Positions 17,427 to 27,133 of a stretch of DNA of 64,000 bases are shown here, piece by piece. Made by a program: the position numbers and the translations under genes. How positions within the stretch are numbered: the stretch's first letter is position 1; each line of letters starts with the position of its first letter. The stretch is from positions 1 to 64,000 of IMG/VR virus record IMGVR_UViG_3300017917_004642; one strand, 5' to 3'. This DNA is from a virus. A model generated the notes under the pieces. It worked only from the letters and a program-made list of their open reading frames with translations. It ran no database searches and was not told where the DNA came from.

Positions 17427-19457
17427 ATGACTGAAGGAATGGAAAAATCCACGTCTATGAACGAAAATCTGGTTTTTATTCTAGAGAAGCAATCCAATAA
17501 TTTGTCTGCTTCAAAAGAAAAGACTAACGACGGAGACAGCTATGTTCTTCAGGGTATTGCCGCTCAATTTGGCAAAGAGAACAACAACAACAGAATCTAC
17601 GAGGAAGGTGAGTATTTACCACACCTAGATTATTTGAACGACAAGATTTCTCAAAAAAGATTACTTGGCGAGTTGGATCACCCTGAAAAATTTGATGTAT
17701 CGCTAAAAAACATCTCACACGTTATCGAGGAGCTTTCTTACGATAAAGATGGAAGAGTCCTTAAGATAAAAGTTAGATTGTTGGATACACCAGCTGGACA
17801 AATTGCAAAAAAATTAGTTGATGCTGGAATTCCTCTTTCTATTTCATCAAGAGCAGCAGGAAATGTTGGCCCTGATAAAAAAGTACAGATCAAAAAAATC
17901 TTTACTTATGATTTAGTTGCTGATCCTGGATTTCAGGATGCACAACTTGAACGCGTTTACGAAAGCGCAGGTTTTACGTTTTCTGAATTCTCAGAAAGAA
18001 CCAAAAATTCTATTGTTAATTCTTTAGTGTGCATGAACGAATCATTAGGTATTAAAAATGATTCTGGATTGATGATATATAATGTCGACAATAACGAAGA
18101 ATTCGAAAAAATCTTTAAGCAAGAAAAAAATAAATCCGATATTATGGAGTCCAATAAAAAAGAATTTGTAACTAGCGAAGAGCTCAATAGTTATTCGATT
18201 TTCCTTAAGAAAAAGATGGATGAACTTGAGTCTCAGATCTCTGAGATGAAAAAAACACCCGCAGCAGTTTCTGAAAACAAAACCGAAGAAGTTTCTGAAC
18301 TCGAAGAAAGAGTTGCTCGTTTAGAAAAGTACTCCGAGTACCTAGCAGAAAATTTGGAAAGCGCAATTAAGTATGGCGAATACCTCGCAGAAAATCTTGA
18401 TAGCAGCATTACTTACAGTAAGTATTTGGCTGAAAACCTAGACAAAACTATTTCATACTCGAAATACATTGCAGAAAACGTAGATAAGTCTATTTCTTAT
18501 TCTGAGTATGTAGCAGAGAATGTAGATAAAGCAATCGATTACTCTAAGTATTTGGCTGAGAAAGTAGATGACAATATCCAGTACACAGAATACGTTGCTG
18601 AAAATTTGGATAAGACCATTTCTTATTCTGAATACTTAGCAGAAAACGTAGATAAGTCTATCTCTTATTCTGAGTATCTTGCAGAAAACCTTGACAAAGG
18701 TATTGCTTATTCTGAGTACATTGCAGAAAAACTAGATCAAGGTATTTCTTACACTGAGTATCTTGCAGAAAATGTAAACAAGACCATTTCTTATTCTGAG
18801 TATCTTGCAGAAAGCTTAAATAAAGGAATTGCTTATTCCGATTATTTGGCAGAAAAATTAAATGGCACGATTTCTAATGCCGAATCTCTTTCAGAAGGTG
18901 AAAAGACTACTAAAGTCAATTCACTTAACGAAAGCGCAAAAGAACAAGCAGAAATCGCTTCTAAAACTGAATTAGTAGAGTCTGGATTTGCTGGTGATTA
19001 TGGATCACTTTCAAATCAACTAGACGCTCTGATTGAATCAGTCCAAACACAAAAGACTGACGAATTAATACAAAAGGCTGAAAGCAAATTCCAGCCAGCT
19101 GCTCAAACACAAAAAGCGGAAGAGACTTTAAATGAGAACGAAGCATCAGCTAAAGTTCAGTCATCAGGTCACAAGTTTATTGATGAAATGCCCGAAGATT
19201 ACGTTCAGATTTGGGAATCTCTAAATGAAGGTCACAAGCAATCAGTTATTGCACAATCAACTTTCTACAATTTAGAAACACCTTATCAGATCAAAAATTT
19301 CTGGTCAACTCGTCAGCTTGGTGCTAAACCTGTTGGTCTTCAGAAACTCACTGAAAGTCAAGAAACAACAACCACTTCAACCACTTCAGCTCAACCTTAT
19401 AACTCAGATTATCTGGCATGGGTGGCTAAGTCATTAGAAGGAAAATTCAAAAACTAA
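17427..19457 (+). CDS. gp21: Prohead protease (T4 gp21-like) fused to a scaffold/core domain
   Basis: NNNNRIY, LGELDHP, SHVI, LLDTPAG, ISSRAAG, TYDLVADPGF in the N-terminal ~180 aa; long helical C-terminus; directly upstream of the major capsid gene. Confidence 0.92.
   Translation: MTEGMEKSTSMNENLVFILEKQSNNLSASKEKTNDGDSYVLQGIAAQFGKENNNNRIYEEGEYLPHLDYLNDKISQKRLLGELDHPEKFDVSLKNISHVIEELSYDKDGRVLKIKVRLLDTPAGQIAKKLVDAGIPLSISSRAAGNVGPDKKVQIKKIFTYDLVADPGFQDAQLERVYESAGFTFSEFSERTKNSIVNSLVCMNESLGIKNDSGLMIYNVDNNEEFEKIFKQEKNKSDIMESNKKEFVTSEELNSYSIFLKKKMDELESQISEMKKTPAAVSENKTEEVSELEERVARLEKYSEYLAENLESAIKYGEYLAENLDSSITYSKYLAENLDKTISYSKYIAENVDKSISYSEYVAENVDKAIDYSKYLAEKVDDNIQYTEYVAENLDKTISYSEYLAENVDKSISYSEYLAENLDKGIAYSEYIAEKLDQGISYTEYLAENVNKTISYSEYLAESLNKGIAYSDYLAEKLNGTISNAESLSEGEKTTKVNSLNESAKEQAEIASKTELVESGFAGDYGSLSNQLDALIESVQTQKTDELIQKAESKFQPAAQTQKAEETLNENEASAKVQSSGHKFIDEMPEDYVQIWESLNEGHKQSVIAQSTFYNLETPYQIKNFWSTRQLGAKPVGLQKLTESQETTTTSTTSAQPYNSDYLAWVAKSLEGKFKN
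18327..18872 (+). repeat. 13 tandem 42-nt (14-aa) coding repeats, consensus SYSEYLAENLDKxI
   Basis: Counted in the translation from KYSEYLAENLESAI to AYSDYLAEKLNGTI. Confidence 0.95.
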
Positions 19458-19471
19458 AAAAACATAAAAAA

Positions 19472-21190
19472 ATGAAACTCATCAACGAAGCAGAAATCTT
19501 CGATACCTGGGCGCCTATCATTGAGCAAAAAGCCGGTATTGTTGATTCAGAAAAAAAACAGTGGCTTTCTAAATACTGCCACTACCACTCATTAAACGAA
19601 TCAGCTGGTGCTTACCAGTCTTTGAACGTTGTTAACGGTATGGGTCCCGTTGCACCTCCAGCATTCCCAGCTTCTACGCAAGCAGGTTCTGTAGGCGGTT
19701 ATTCACCTAACCAAGGATTCTACAGCCAGTCATGGCAAGGATCTGGCGATAAATTCCCTTCACTTCTTCCTTTGGCTATTCAGGTAGCTGCGAAGACTGT
19801 AGGTTTTGATATCGTTCCAGTTATCCCTATGTCAGGTCCTTCAGGCGTATTGTCATACCTTGACTACGTTTACGCTGGTGGTAAAGTTAGCCCAGCAAGT
19901 GTTGGTACAACCTCTGCAGATGCTTTGGCTGCTGCTCCAACCATGATCAAAGTACAGATCACTTCTTATGCTGCAGGTTATCCTGATTCATTCGTAGTTG
20001 GTACTACTTACTACATCACTAACGCTACATCAGCAAGTGCTTACTTGACTACCAAATTTGTTGGTCTTTCAAGAATCGATGGTTATCCTATCTTCGAAAT
20101 CACCGACGTAACTGCAGGTGAGTCAGTAGCTTCTGTAATTAACGGTGGTGCTACTAAAATTGGTACAGCTCCTGACGGTTCACAAGCTGGTACTACTACT
20201 GCTTCTGCATCTTTGGTAAAAGCTCTTGAAGATCATATCCAAGGTTTCTCTGGTGCTGGTTTCTATGACAACCAAAACTGGCAAGGTCCTTTCGTAGATG
20301 GTACCAAGACTTACAACCCAATGTTGAGAAGCGTAGGAGAAGAAAACTACTACAACTTGATGGGTCTTTCGACTTTCACCAAGTTCGTAGAAGCTGATAC
20401 TTTCCAAGTAGCTGCTTCAGTTACAACTGAGCAAATCCAAGATCTTAATAAGCAATTCGGTATCGACGTAATTTCTATGATCGAGAACGCATTGGTTAAT
20501 GAGGTTTCACAAGCTATTAACAAGCACATCCTTGCTAGAGCTTTTGCTCTTGGTTGGTCTAACAACAACGCTTTCTTCACAACTGAAGGCCAAAACCTTA
20601 ACCTTAACCTTGTAATTGGTGGTACTGCTGGTTCTTACACCATCCCATCTTACGTAGGTAAAGACGATACCGCCATCACAATGGCTGGTACTGCTGGTCC
20701 TGCTAGCACAAACTACGAGAACTTGTCAACTTTACAAAGAAGATTGTTCTCTAGAATTCTTGCTGCAGCTAACGTAGTAGCTAACAGAGGTAGAAGAGGT
20801 CCTGCTAACTTCATCGTAACTAACGCTAACTTGGCGTCTTCGATGCAAGATATCAGCCAATTCACTTTCGCTCCATTCTCAAACACCCTTACCCAAAACA
20901 ACGGAACTCTTTATCCAGTAGGTTCTCTTGCAGGTATGACAGTGTATGTAGATCAGAACATGAAATACAATGACACTAGAATCCTTATCGGTAGAAAAGG
21001 TGGTGATGATGAGCCAGGTTTGAAATTCATGCCTTACATGATGGCTGAGTCAATCCAGACTATTTCTGAAGGAACTATGTCTCCTAAGATCGCAGTTAAG
21101 TCACGTTATGCTTTAGTAGAAGCTGGTTTCCATCCAGAAACTATGTATTTCTGCTTCAACGTTAACGTTCCAACTGGCGGTTTGAACTAA
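19472..21190 (+). CDS. gp23: Major capsid protein (T4 gp23-like)
   Basis: WAPII, VIPMSGPSG, TTEQIQDL, RRGPANFIV, VGSLAGMTVYVD, FMPY, PKIAVKSRYAL; codon bias of a highly expressed gene. Confidence 0.95.
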   Translation: MKLINEAEIFDTWAPIIEQKAGIVDSEKKQWLSKYCHYHSLNESAGAYQSLNVVNGMGPVAPPAFPASTQAGSVGGYSPNQGFYSQSWQGSGDKFPSLLPLAIQVAAKTVGFDIVPVIPMSGPSGVLSYLDYVYAGGKVSPASVGTTSADALAAAPTMIKVQITSYAAGYPDSFVVGTTYYITNATSASAYLTTKFVGLSRIDGYPIFEITDVTAGESVASVINGGATKIGTAPDGSQAGTTTASASLVKALEDHIQGFSGAGFYDNQNWQGPFVDGTKTYNPMLRSVGEENYYNLMGLSTFTKFVEADTFQVAASVTTEQIQDLNKQFGIDVISMIENALVNEVSQAINKHILARAFALGWSNNNAFFTTEGQNLNLNLVIGGTAGSYTIPSYVGKDDTAITMAGTAGPASTNYENLSTLQRRLFSRILAAANVVANRGRRGPANFIVTNANLASSMQDISQFTFAPFSNTLTQNNGTLYPVGSLAGMTVYVDQNMKYNDTRILIGRKGGDDEPGLKFMPYMMAESIQTISEGTMSPKIAVKSRYALVEAGFHPETMYFCFNVNVPTGGLN

Positions 21191-21211
21191 TAAACTAGAT
21201 TAACTAACTAT

Positions 21212-21241
21212 AAAACCCCAAGCTTCGGCTTGGGGTTTTTT
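21212..21241 (+). terminator. Rho-independent terminator after the major capsid gene
   Basis: AAAACCCCAAGC-TTCG-GCTTGGGGTTTT plus T-run; UUCG tetraloop. Confidence 0.95.
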
Positions 21242-21303
21242 GTGTTTATCATTTAATGGTATGATATATAGTCTAAAGTAAATCTTCGGATAGTATATAA
21301 GCT

Positions 21304-22425
21304 ATGAGCAAAATTTTTAGATTTGAGCAATATTTAGAAGAAAGGGATTATTTTTCACCTGTCTCTGAAGATTTGTACTCAGAAATATCTGATTGGGTTA
21401 CTAATGAATCCATTAACGAAGGACTGCTGGATACAATTAAAAACAAGCTATCAAAAAATCTATTGGGTGATTTTTCTAAGGTTTCCGCAATAGATGCAAT
21501 CAGAAAGGGCAATCTTGAAATTGAAAAGGATCTTGTTTTGAAGAAATATGATTTCAACGATAAGCTTGATGCTTTGGAATTGAAACTAGCTAAGGTTACA
21601 AGAAGCGGAAATAGATCTGCAATCTTGGCAGTACAGAACGAAATTGATAAGAAAAGGGCAGAACAAAAAGCTTACATAAAAAGTAAAAAAGCTCAAATTG
21701 AAAACGGATTGTTATTACTGTCTAAAGCTATCGATAAGAATAAGAGAAGAAAAGAATATTATGAAGCTGGTAAAGCAGAGGATGAATTAGCATTTGCCAA
21801 TTTCGAATATGATATCGCAAAGAAAAAATCAAGCTCACAGAAAGAGGTTGATAAATTGAAAAAATCTTTGGATAAAGCTAAAGCAGATGCTGAAGAACTT
21901 ATTAAAAGATTCAAGGATTCTGTTTCTGTTTCTAATGATAATCCAGTTGAAATAGAAAGCAAAGACCTTATAAACCCAGATAAGATCAAGAAAAAGCTTT
22001 CTGCCAAGAAATTCAGTGACCTTATAGAGATTAAAGAAAAAACAAAGCAAAACGTTAACAAGAAAAAAGAAGACCTTGTTAAGTACCTTGAAGATCTAGC
22101 TAATACCATCGAGAAGCATAGTAAAGCTATGGTCAATGTTAAAAGCTCGGTTTTAGCATCAGCTGAAAAAAAATCTACCGATTTAGCAAATGAAATTGAT
22201 GCTCAAATTAATCTTCTTAATCTTTATAATAATATAGGTAATTCCCAAACCGAGATCGAAAAGGTATTAAAGGATCCTTCCGATTTAAAATCTTTGTTTT
22301 CAAAAATCAGTAATGCAATTAAAGATTCTAAGGATGATTCCTCTGGGATTTCAAAAGAAATTCTTGTTGTTTTTTCTGATCCGACTGCTAAAAAATTGAA
22401 ACAAGCAATTAAAAAAATTAAATAA
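21304..22425 (+). CDS. Coiled-coil hypothetical, probable internal head protein
   Basis: KIFRFEQYLEE and SINE motifs; Lys/Glu-rich helices; GATATATA at 21263. Confidence 0.7.
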   Translation: MSKIFRFEQYLEERDYFSPVSEDLYSEISDWVTNESINEGLLDTIKNKLSKNLLGDFSKVSAIDAIRKGNLEIEKDLVLKKYDFNDKLDALELKLAKVTRSGNRSAILAVQNEIDKKRAEQKAYIKSKKAQIENGLLLLSKAIDKNKRRKEYYEAGKAEDELAFANFEYDIAKKKSSSQKEVDKLKKSLDKAKADAEELIKRFKDSVSVSNDNPVEIESKDLINPDKIKKKLSAKKFSDLIEIKEKTKQNVNKKKEDLVKYLEDLANTIEKHSKAMVNVKSSVLASAEKKSTDLANEIDAQINLLNLYNNIGNSQTEIEKVLKDPSDLKSLFSKISNAIKDSKDDSSGISKEILVVFSDPTAKKLKQAIKKIK

Positions 22426-22426
22426 G

Positions 22427-23317
22427 ATGCTGTATAACTTTAAACGGTGGCAAAATGAAATTGCCTTAAACGAATCTAAATCCATGGATAGCATCATGAA
22501 TTGGCTTAGCTCCAATTTTGGCGGTTCTGTGGCAAAGATAGATTCCCTACTCGGTAACATTCTTTCTATTGAAGAAGATTACATGAAAGAATGGAATGAT
22601 ATACAAACAGAAATAGACTCTTTGGAAGTTCAAAAAGCACAGATCAAAAGTGATCCGGCTGAAGCTAAAAAATTGGAAAGAATGATTTCCAGAAGCCACA
22701 AGCTTCTTGACGCATTATCCAAGAAAAGAAGAGCTAAGATTGATGACGTTGAGAAAAAGGTGGAAGCTGCTACAGAAGGCAAACAAAGACTGATCGCTTA
22801 TTGGAACATGAAGAAATCTGAGGCTGAATCTGATGTTGCTGAAAAGTTGTATAAGATTGCTAAAAATCTTACCGATTCTTCGATTGCTGATGAACTATAC
22901 GACAAGTATAAAGATGCTGCATTAATGGCAAAAAAGAAAGATGAACAATTCAGATCTAAATTTGGTGAACTTAAACTTTCTTCAGCAAGTACTTCACTCG
23001 ACTCTGATGAAAAGCCATCTAAAACTAGTAGTTTTTCACTAGACCCTATCCTTGCAATGAATGCTGTTCAATTTACCAAGTATGTTCAAGGATTAGAAAA
23101 AGGTGCGGTTAAAGAGCTAATCAAATTTATGATGACCGAAAGAAACGAAAGGTATGCAACCATTGACACAGAAAGGGATAGGCTTGAAGCTCAAGCTGAT
23201 AAAAAAGGACTTTCTGCATCCGATGTTAAATCAAGTCTGAAAGATTTAAGAGAAACCCTGATGGAGCAGGTCAGAGATTTAAGAACGAAAATAACCATCG
23301 CAAGAAGATATGCCTAA
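22427..23317 (+). CDS. Coiled-coil hypothetical, probable paralogue of 21304..22425
   Basis: ALNESKSMDSIMNWLSSNFGG resembles INEGLLDTIKNKLSKNLLG. Confidence 0.7.
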   Translation: MLYNFKRWQNEIALNESKSMDSIMNWLSSNFGGSVAKIDSLLGNILSIEEDYMKEWNDIQTEIDSLEVQKAQIKSDPAEAKKLERMISRSHKLLDALSKKRRAKIDDVEKKVEAATEGKQRLIAYWNMKKSEAESDVAEKLYKIAKNLTDSSIADELYDKYKDAALMAKKKDEQFRSKFGELKLSSASTSLDSDEKPSKTSSFSLDPILAMNAVQFTKYVQGLEKGAVKELIKFMMTERNERYATIDTERDRLEAQADKKGLSASDVKSSLKDLRETLMEQVRDLRTKITIARRYA

Positions 23318-23594
23318 TCTAAGTCAATCACCTAAAATTGTTGGGCTTAAGGATTTCCAAATTAACGAGGGTGTTAATGAGAATTTAATCACTGCAAAGA
23401 AACTTGTTAATGATAAACTTGCAGAGATTGCCGGTGAAATTGCTAACGAGAAAAAACAAATCACAACTCCCAATAAAATTGCTAGTATGAGAAAGCAGGC
23501 GACACTCTATAGTCAAATGCCAGCTCTTATTAACAAACTAGCAGATGCTATAGATGCTAAAGAAAAATCAGGAGATAGAACAAACATTTATTAA
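23310..23594 (+). CDS. Small hypothetical, probable head protein
   Basis: KIVGLKDFQINE motif; overlaps the upstream stop. Confidence 0.65.
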   Translation: MPNLSQSPKIVGLKDFQINEGVNENLITAKKLVNDKLAEIAGEIANEKKQITTPNKIASMRKQATLYSQMPALINKLADAIDAKEKSGDRTNIY

Positions 23595-23598
23595 GACT

Positions 23599-26049
23599 AT
23601 GAAAAATTACTTTGGTAATAACCCAATTGCTAGACAGATAGCATTAGATACCTACAGATTAGATGAGAATGCTTCTGTTGATAGTTTATTAAAGAGAGCA
23701 ACCGAGGTTACACTCGATACTTTTAAAAAGTTGATATTTGATCTTGCTGTAAAATCAAGTAGAAATCCGGATGCCCTCCGTCTTAAATTAACTGATGTTG
23801 GCTCTTCTAAGACTATCAAGAATCTTGTAGCCAAAATTAAAGATTATGCTAGTGAGGTTGAACTCTCTGATTCTAAATATGCTGAAGTGAAACAGATGTA
23901 TCTTAAAGCTTTGGATCAGATTTCTGATGCTCTAAAAAGACTTGTTGAGGTTGATCCAAAACTTGGAGATATGGCGATTGATAATTTCCAAGAGCTTTCA
24001 ACTAAACTTGTAAAGTCTTTGGAAGAAATAGCCACTTCATATTCTTCAAAAATGAACGATTCTGCTGACTTCGAAGGAACTCCGTTGAACGAATCTATTT
24101 TTACCGGATACAAAGGAAGAATCGAAAAGCTTAGAAAAAAGCTAGTAAATCTTATCTCTGATTCGAAAGGAAAGGATACTAAATCAGGATATGGTAGAGA
24201 TTGGCAGAGAATGTTTAGTGCATTGGATCAAAAGCTAGATGCAATTGATACAGCAAAAGATGTAGTTGGTGAGAAGGATAGAAAAAATCTTGCGGATCTA
24301 GAAAAGCAAACTGACAATCTAGCACAGGAGTATTACAATTACAAGATTAAAGCGACAGAGCAGGTTATGAAGAAAATCGTTGATGACGATGAGCTTGTGA
24401 CCAAATTTTCTGATGTGAATGATCTAATTACAACAGCTCTTGATATGATTGCTAAAGCCAATGTACAGGAAGCTATCATCGAAACCAGAATTAGAGAAGA
24501 TCTCGAGGAAGAAGAAGCTAAAATTAACGAGAAGGTATTTCCGATTAAAACTGGTTCTAAGGACACCGATCTTAAGTACAAAAAATCAGGCATCATTAAA
24601 GCAGTTCAGAAATCATTAATGGATGCATTCCCATCAATTGGCAGGTTGCTGTCAGAAAGAGGTGGGTCTGATGGTATCTACGGGGATAGAACAACTGTGG
24701 CAATTAAAGCAATACAGGGTGCATTCGGCAACAAAAACGTTAACGGTGAATTGGACAAAGCCTTACTCGATACCATTTTATCTTTAGATCAAGTTTCCTC
24801 TGATAATAAAAAATTGATTAACGAAAGTTTGGAGAAGCTGAAAAAAGCTTATGCAGTTTCAGAAAGTAATAGAGTATTAAGTTCTCTTGAATTCTTAAAA
24901 ATGAACGAGGCTTCTTTGTACATCAATGACGAGGATCTACAGAAGCAGATTGAAAAACACTCAGAGGATCTAGCAAATTCACCAGTTACCAATTCTGCTC
25001 CCGGTAAAATTTCAACCTCCGATTCAGAATTGGCTAAAGATTTAGCAAAGGGCCTACGCAAAGAAGGATATAACAAGAATGCGGAGGAAGACAATTTCAT
25101 TAGAGAGGATGGAACGTTTAAAGCTTCTTACCCTGTTGAGTATGTTCAGGCCTGGTATGACACTATAGTGGCAAACGAGGGCAAAGATAAAAAGCCTTCT
25201 TTCTTCTGGCTTCAAAAAGAAGGAGATGATATTGGTGGACTTTACCCAACAAGAAGACTTTCTGGTAACATAAAGAAGCCATGCAACTGGCCAAAGTGGA
25301 GTGAATTGTCTAGTTCTGATTCTGATTCAGAAATTAATAGCTTTGCTAACTGGTACACTAGCATATATTCAAATTTTGGTGGTGCAACAGATTCAGCAAG
25401 ATTGGATACTCTGAAAGATATTTTAACGTTTCATGCAGATTCGGAAAATGTCGACGAAGCTCCTGCTGGAATGAGTGACGAAGTATCAAGATTGGTTTCT
25501 TCCTATGATGAAGTTAGAGATTCCTTAAGATCCGAGAAATCAGAAGGGAAGGACAATGCCTACGAGTATTTTTCTAGGGGATACATTACTCCAGCAACGA
25601 TGAAAATTATTGCAGAAGCTGCTAAAAAAGGTGCCCAAGTAGGAGACAAGGATCCAGATTTGGGTGAATATGATTTTATGCTAATTGCAAACCTAATTGC
25701 ATTGGTAGCAACTTGTGTAACTTATGATAACAAAAATAAAAAGTTTTCTCCCGCTATAGATATTCTGTTAAGAGATGCTCTTAATGAAGAAGTCATGTCA
25801 AGAATCATGAAGGATAAAAGCTTTAGCACAGGTAAGAAAAAACACAAGATGGCAAAGCTTGTTAGCGGAAGCGGAATTATAGTTGGAGATAAGGAATACG
25901 ATGCTAAAAAAGTTATGGAGAACAACATTAAGAGAGCAAAAGAGGTTCATAAAAAATTAATCGAGCAACATGCATCTAGAATGAATATGAAAAATATCGA
26001 CGATGCTTCTGCTGCTGCCAGCGCTACCATTTACGTGGTGCCAGAATAA
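23599..26049 (+). CDS. Large virion protein with a central peptidoglycan-binding (PG_binding_1-like) domain
   Basis: PIKTGSK...IKAVQKSL...DGIYGDRTTVAIKAIQ...NGELD. Start set at ATG 23599. Confidence 0.7.
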   Translation: MKNYFGNNPIARQIALDTYRLDENASVDSLLKRATEVTLDTFKKLIFDLAVKSSRNPDALRLKLTDVGSSKTIKNLVAKIKDYASEVELSDSKYAEVKQMYLKALDQISDALKRLVEVDPKLGDMAIDNFQELSTKLVKSLEEIATSYSSKMNDSADFEGTPLNESIFTGYKGRIEKLRKKLVNLISDSKGKDTKSGYGRDWQRMFSALDQKLDAIDTAKDVVGEKDRKNLADLEKQTDNLAQEYYNYKIKATEQVMKKIVDDDELVTKFSDVNDLITTALDMIAKANVQEAIIETRIREDLEEEEAKINEKVFPIKTGSKDTDLKYKKSGIIKAVQKSLMDAFPSIGRLLSERGGSDGIYGDRTTVAIKAIQGAFGNKNVNGELDKALLDTILSLDQVSSDNKKLINESLEKLKKAYAVSESNRVLSSLEFLKMNEASLYINDEDLQKQIEKHSEDLANSPVTNSAPGKISTSDSELAKDLAKGLRKEGYNKNAEEDNFIREDGTFKASYPVEYVQAWYDTIVANEGKDKKPSFFWLQKEGDDIGGLYPTRRLSGNIKKPCNWPKWSELSSSDSDSEINSFANWYTSIYSNFGGATDSARLDTLKDILTFHADSENVDEAPAGMSDEVSRLVSSYDEVRDSLRSEKSEGKDNAYEYFSRGYITPATMKIIAEAAKKGAQVGDKDPDLGEYDFMLIANLIALVATCVTYDNKNKKFSPAIDILLRDALNEEVMSRIMKDKSFSTGKKKHKMAKLVSGSGIIVGDKEYDAKKVMENNIKRAKEVHKKLIEQHASRMNMKNIDDASAAASATIYVVPE

Positions 26050-26067
26050 ATTAAAAACAAATTTAAT

Positions 26068-26100
26068 AAATGGAGCACTTTTAAGTGTTCCATTTTTTTT
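26068..26100 (+). terminator. Rho-independent terminator
   Basis: AAATGGAGCACT-ttta-AGTGTTCCATTT-ttttt. Confidence 0.85.
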
Positions 26101-26124
26101 GCACGAAGGATTTTAGTAATTTTG
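26098..26124 (+). promoter_or_regulatory. Bacteroidota-type promoter, TTTG...TAATTTTG
   Basis: TAnnTTTG at 26117-26124 with an upstream TTTG. Confidence 0.55.
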
Positions 26125-26146
26125 ATTAGTAACAAAAAACAGAATT

Positions 26147-26512
26147 ATGAAAACAAACATCCTTTTGCTCGCAATTTTATCCTTAGCCATTTTCTCTTGT
26201 ACCGAAGAAAAGAAAACCACAGCACCAGTGGTTAAAGCACATCACCTGGATGGATTTCTCGAAAAATCTAAATCTGCAACTAAGGAGATTCAGGATTCAG
26301 AGATAGACGTCGAATCGACTACCAAATTGGCCATTTGTCTGGATGAATGGAAAAGCGAATTTCCTGGTGATTATGACGTAATTTCTAAAGAATCCAATGG
26401 ATGGGAGATTGCCAAGAAACTAAAGAGAAACAAAAATTTCGTACAGATAGCTCAACGTAATGGATTTGGCATCAAATCAATTCACTATATAGAGAATGGT
26501 CTTACCCAATAA
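26147..26512 (+). CDS. Lipoprotein
   Basis: Signal peptide MKTNILLLAILSLAIFS-C followed by charged TEEKK, typical of Bacteroidetes lipoproteins. Confidence 0.8.
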   Translation: MKTNILLLAILSLAIFSCTEEKKTTAPVVKAHHLDGFLEKSKSATKEIQDSEIDVESTTKLAICLDEWKSEFPGDYDVISKESNGWEIAKKLKRNKNFVQIAQRNGFGIKSIHYIENGLTQ

Positions 26513-26592
26513 TCAGTTGCAAGGTTCACAAATAACGAAAAATCCGAAATAACTTTTCTTAGGTGCAGTAAAATGTTCAAAAGGAAAGGATT

Positions 26593-27132
26593 ATGATCAC
26601 TATATTCGAAGGACCAAGGAATTCTGGAAAAACATTTTTAGCAAACAGATATTCCAAGCTAAAGAATTCAAAGATATTTAAATTTGACTTTGTTGGCTGG
26701 TTCAATGAATTAGAATTACAAGACTCGTCCGAATCGACACACCTCTTTGCTTTGGGCAAAGAGGCTATGTTGTTGCAATTGAATCGTGACGGAATGCTTC
26801 CGGATTTTGTGTTGGATAGAGGCTTTCTTACTGTATTAACGTGGGGTATATTATCTGGCAGAATAACGGAGGATCAAGCACATCGTCATTTAATAATACT
26901 TGCAGAAAAGGGTCTGCTAAAAGACTGTAAGATTATTTACGTCCTTGGCCAGAACCCAAATAAAGACACTAGAAATAAAGATAACTGGGATCATGTTGAA
27001 GAATCTGGTAGGGAAAGAGATGTTATGGAAAATTTAAGAGATTTTATCTGTAATCAACCGTATAACGTAGAAACTATATTTGTCCACAATCCATTTAATG
27101 ATTCTGTAAACTTACAATTGGAAAAAATTTGA
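26593..27132 (+). CDS. P-loop nucleotide kinase (thymidylate/dNMP kinase-like)
   Basis: IFEGPRNSGKT Walker A; VLDRG motif. Confidence 0.75.
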   Translation: MITIFEGPRNSGKTFLANRYSKLKNSKIFKFDFVGWFNELELQDSSESTHLFALGKEAMLLQLNRDGMLPDFVLDRGFLTVLTWGILSGRITEDQAHRHLIILAEKGLLKDCKIIYVLGQNPNKDTRNKDNWDHVEESGRERDVMENLRDFICNQPYNVETIFVHNPFNDSVNLQLEKI

Positions 27133-27133
27133 T

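Noticed and set aside
18327-18872. 42-nt periodic DNA as a CRISPR or iteron array
   Set aside because: Conserved at protein level with synonymous divergence, so it is a coding repeat.
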